Both the position numbers and the translations under genes were made by a program. Positions 63,101 to 64,000 of a stretch of DNA of 64,000 nt are shown here, piece by piece. This DNA is from Hydrolagus colliei. Taxonomy: Eukaryota. The number at the start of each line of letters is the position of its first letter. Within the stretch, counting starts at the first letter, position 1. The stretch is taken from contig CM068744.1 of assembly GCA_035084275.1 (NCBI GenBank), forward strand, positions 10,726,001 to 10,790,000, in the 5' to 3' direction. The notes under the pieces are model-generated. The model searched no databases. It was not told the DNA's origin and saw only the letters and a list, made by a program, of their open reading frames with translations.

Positions 63101-64000
63101 TTAAGAATGGAGATTATTGGTTTAGTGTTATAGAATATGAATTATGACTGAATTCAGTATTACATGTGAAGAATAACACAAGTGAGTCAATAGTTTATAA
63201 AGTTTCCAAAATTTGTGAACTTTATTTAATATTTTCTTGAATCTTTTATTCTGCTGAATTATTCTGAACCTTACATATATTTTTTTTCACCCCAAAACAC
63301 ACATATACCTGGATATATATCTCCTATATATCTTTACTGTATATCCTATGAAGTACTTGAATGCATCTCAATGACATGATAAGGTGGTCTATCAAATGCA
63401 AGAATTATTATTATTTCAGTTTTTAATATCCTTCATTAATGATCAGCACGCTACTCATAGTACAGTACTCATAACGTATTGTGTCTTTGATTTTGACTAC
63501 ATTTTTCTGCCTAACTGTGTCTTTATCTATGGCTTTTTTCTCTTATTTTGTCATTAATTTTGTTTATACCTACCTTGTATTGTTTTTATTTTTAAAAAGT
63601 GTTTATTTCTATGAATGTTTTTAGTTTTTTTAGCCAATATTTCTATTCTACATTCATTTCATTCTTCAAGGAGTGTCCAGTTTACTCACAGCTCAGAAAT
63701 ACAGCTTAAGTGTCTTATTGGCTGTGCTATTCCATGTCATTAACATTGGGATATAAGACAAATACTTTAATCTTCTTAAAATTCACTGGAAGGCTTTCTA
63801 CATGTGTGTCTTGCTTCATAGCCACATAAAGACAAAATGTAGCTTGGTGTCTGTGTAAAAGGGAACACCAATTTTACATTCTGGGTTAAATTGACCACAT
63901 TTGGATTGGACCACCAATAGTAGCATTTTTGGTTTGGATTACAAGCAGCAGCAGATAGTTATGAAGTAAAGGTCTTGCAATCGCTCTTCAAGGACATGTT

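Noticed and set aside
1-64000. CRISPR-like or prokaryotic systems
   Set aside because: No regularly spaced repeat-spacer array or operon structure; recurring short motifs are dispersed SINE/LINE tails in a vertebrate genome.

Overview
A repeat-rich vertebrate genomic window. The repeat content (Deu-domain SINEs, tRNA SINEs with L2-type tails, CR1 3' ends, Penelope-derived palindromes) points to a cartilaginous fish, probably a chimaera; this assignment is inference. Genes, all on the + strand: a C2H2 zinc-finger terminal exon with 11 canonical fingers (4694-6009), a decayed zinc-finger relic (~18.1-18.4 kb), and a tandem trace amine-associated receptor (TAAR) cluster. The cluster holds an intact TAAR1-like gene (31525-32559), a TAAR pseudogene paralogous to it (46106-47084) and an open TAAR2/3/4-like gene with several non-consensus residues (58142-59230). 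The rest is mostly degraded L2/CR1 LINEs, SINEs, three DNA-transposon MITEs, two LTR-like ends and a 214-nt assembly gap. I see no unambiguous new biological system. The best leads are a homogenised zinc-finger array, a candidate TAAR enhancer (RFX, homeodomain and TTGCATCA motifs), hammerhead-ribozyme cores in palindromic repeats, a recurring L2/SINE chimeric 3' UTR, a CpG-rich hAT-like element with a 5-bp TSD, and an inverted TALE/NF-Y promoter module. Repeat boundaries were estimated by eye.
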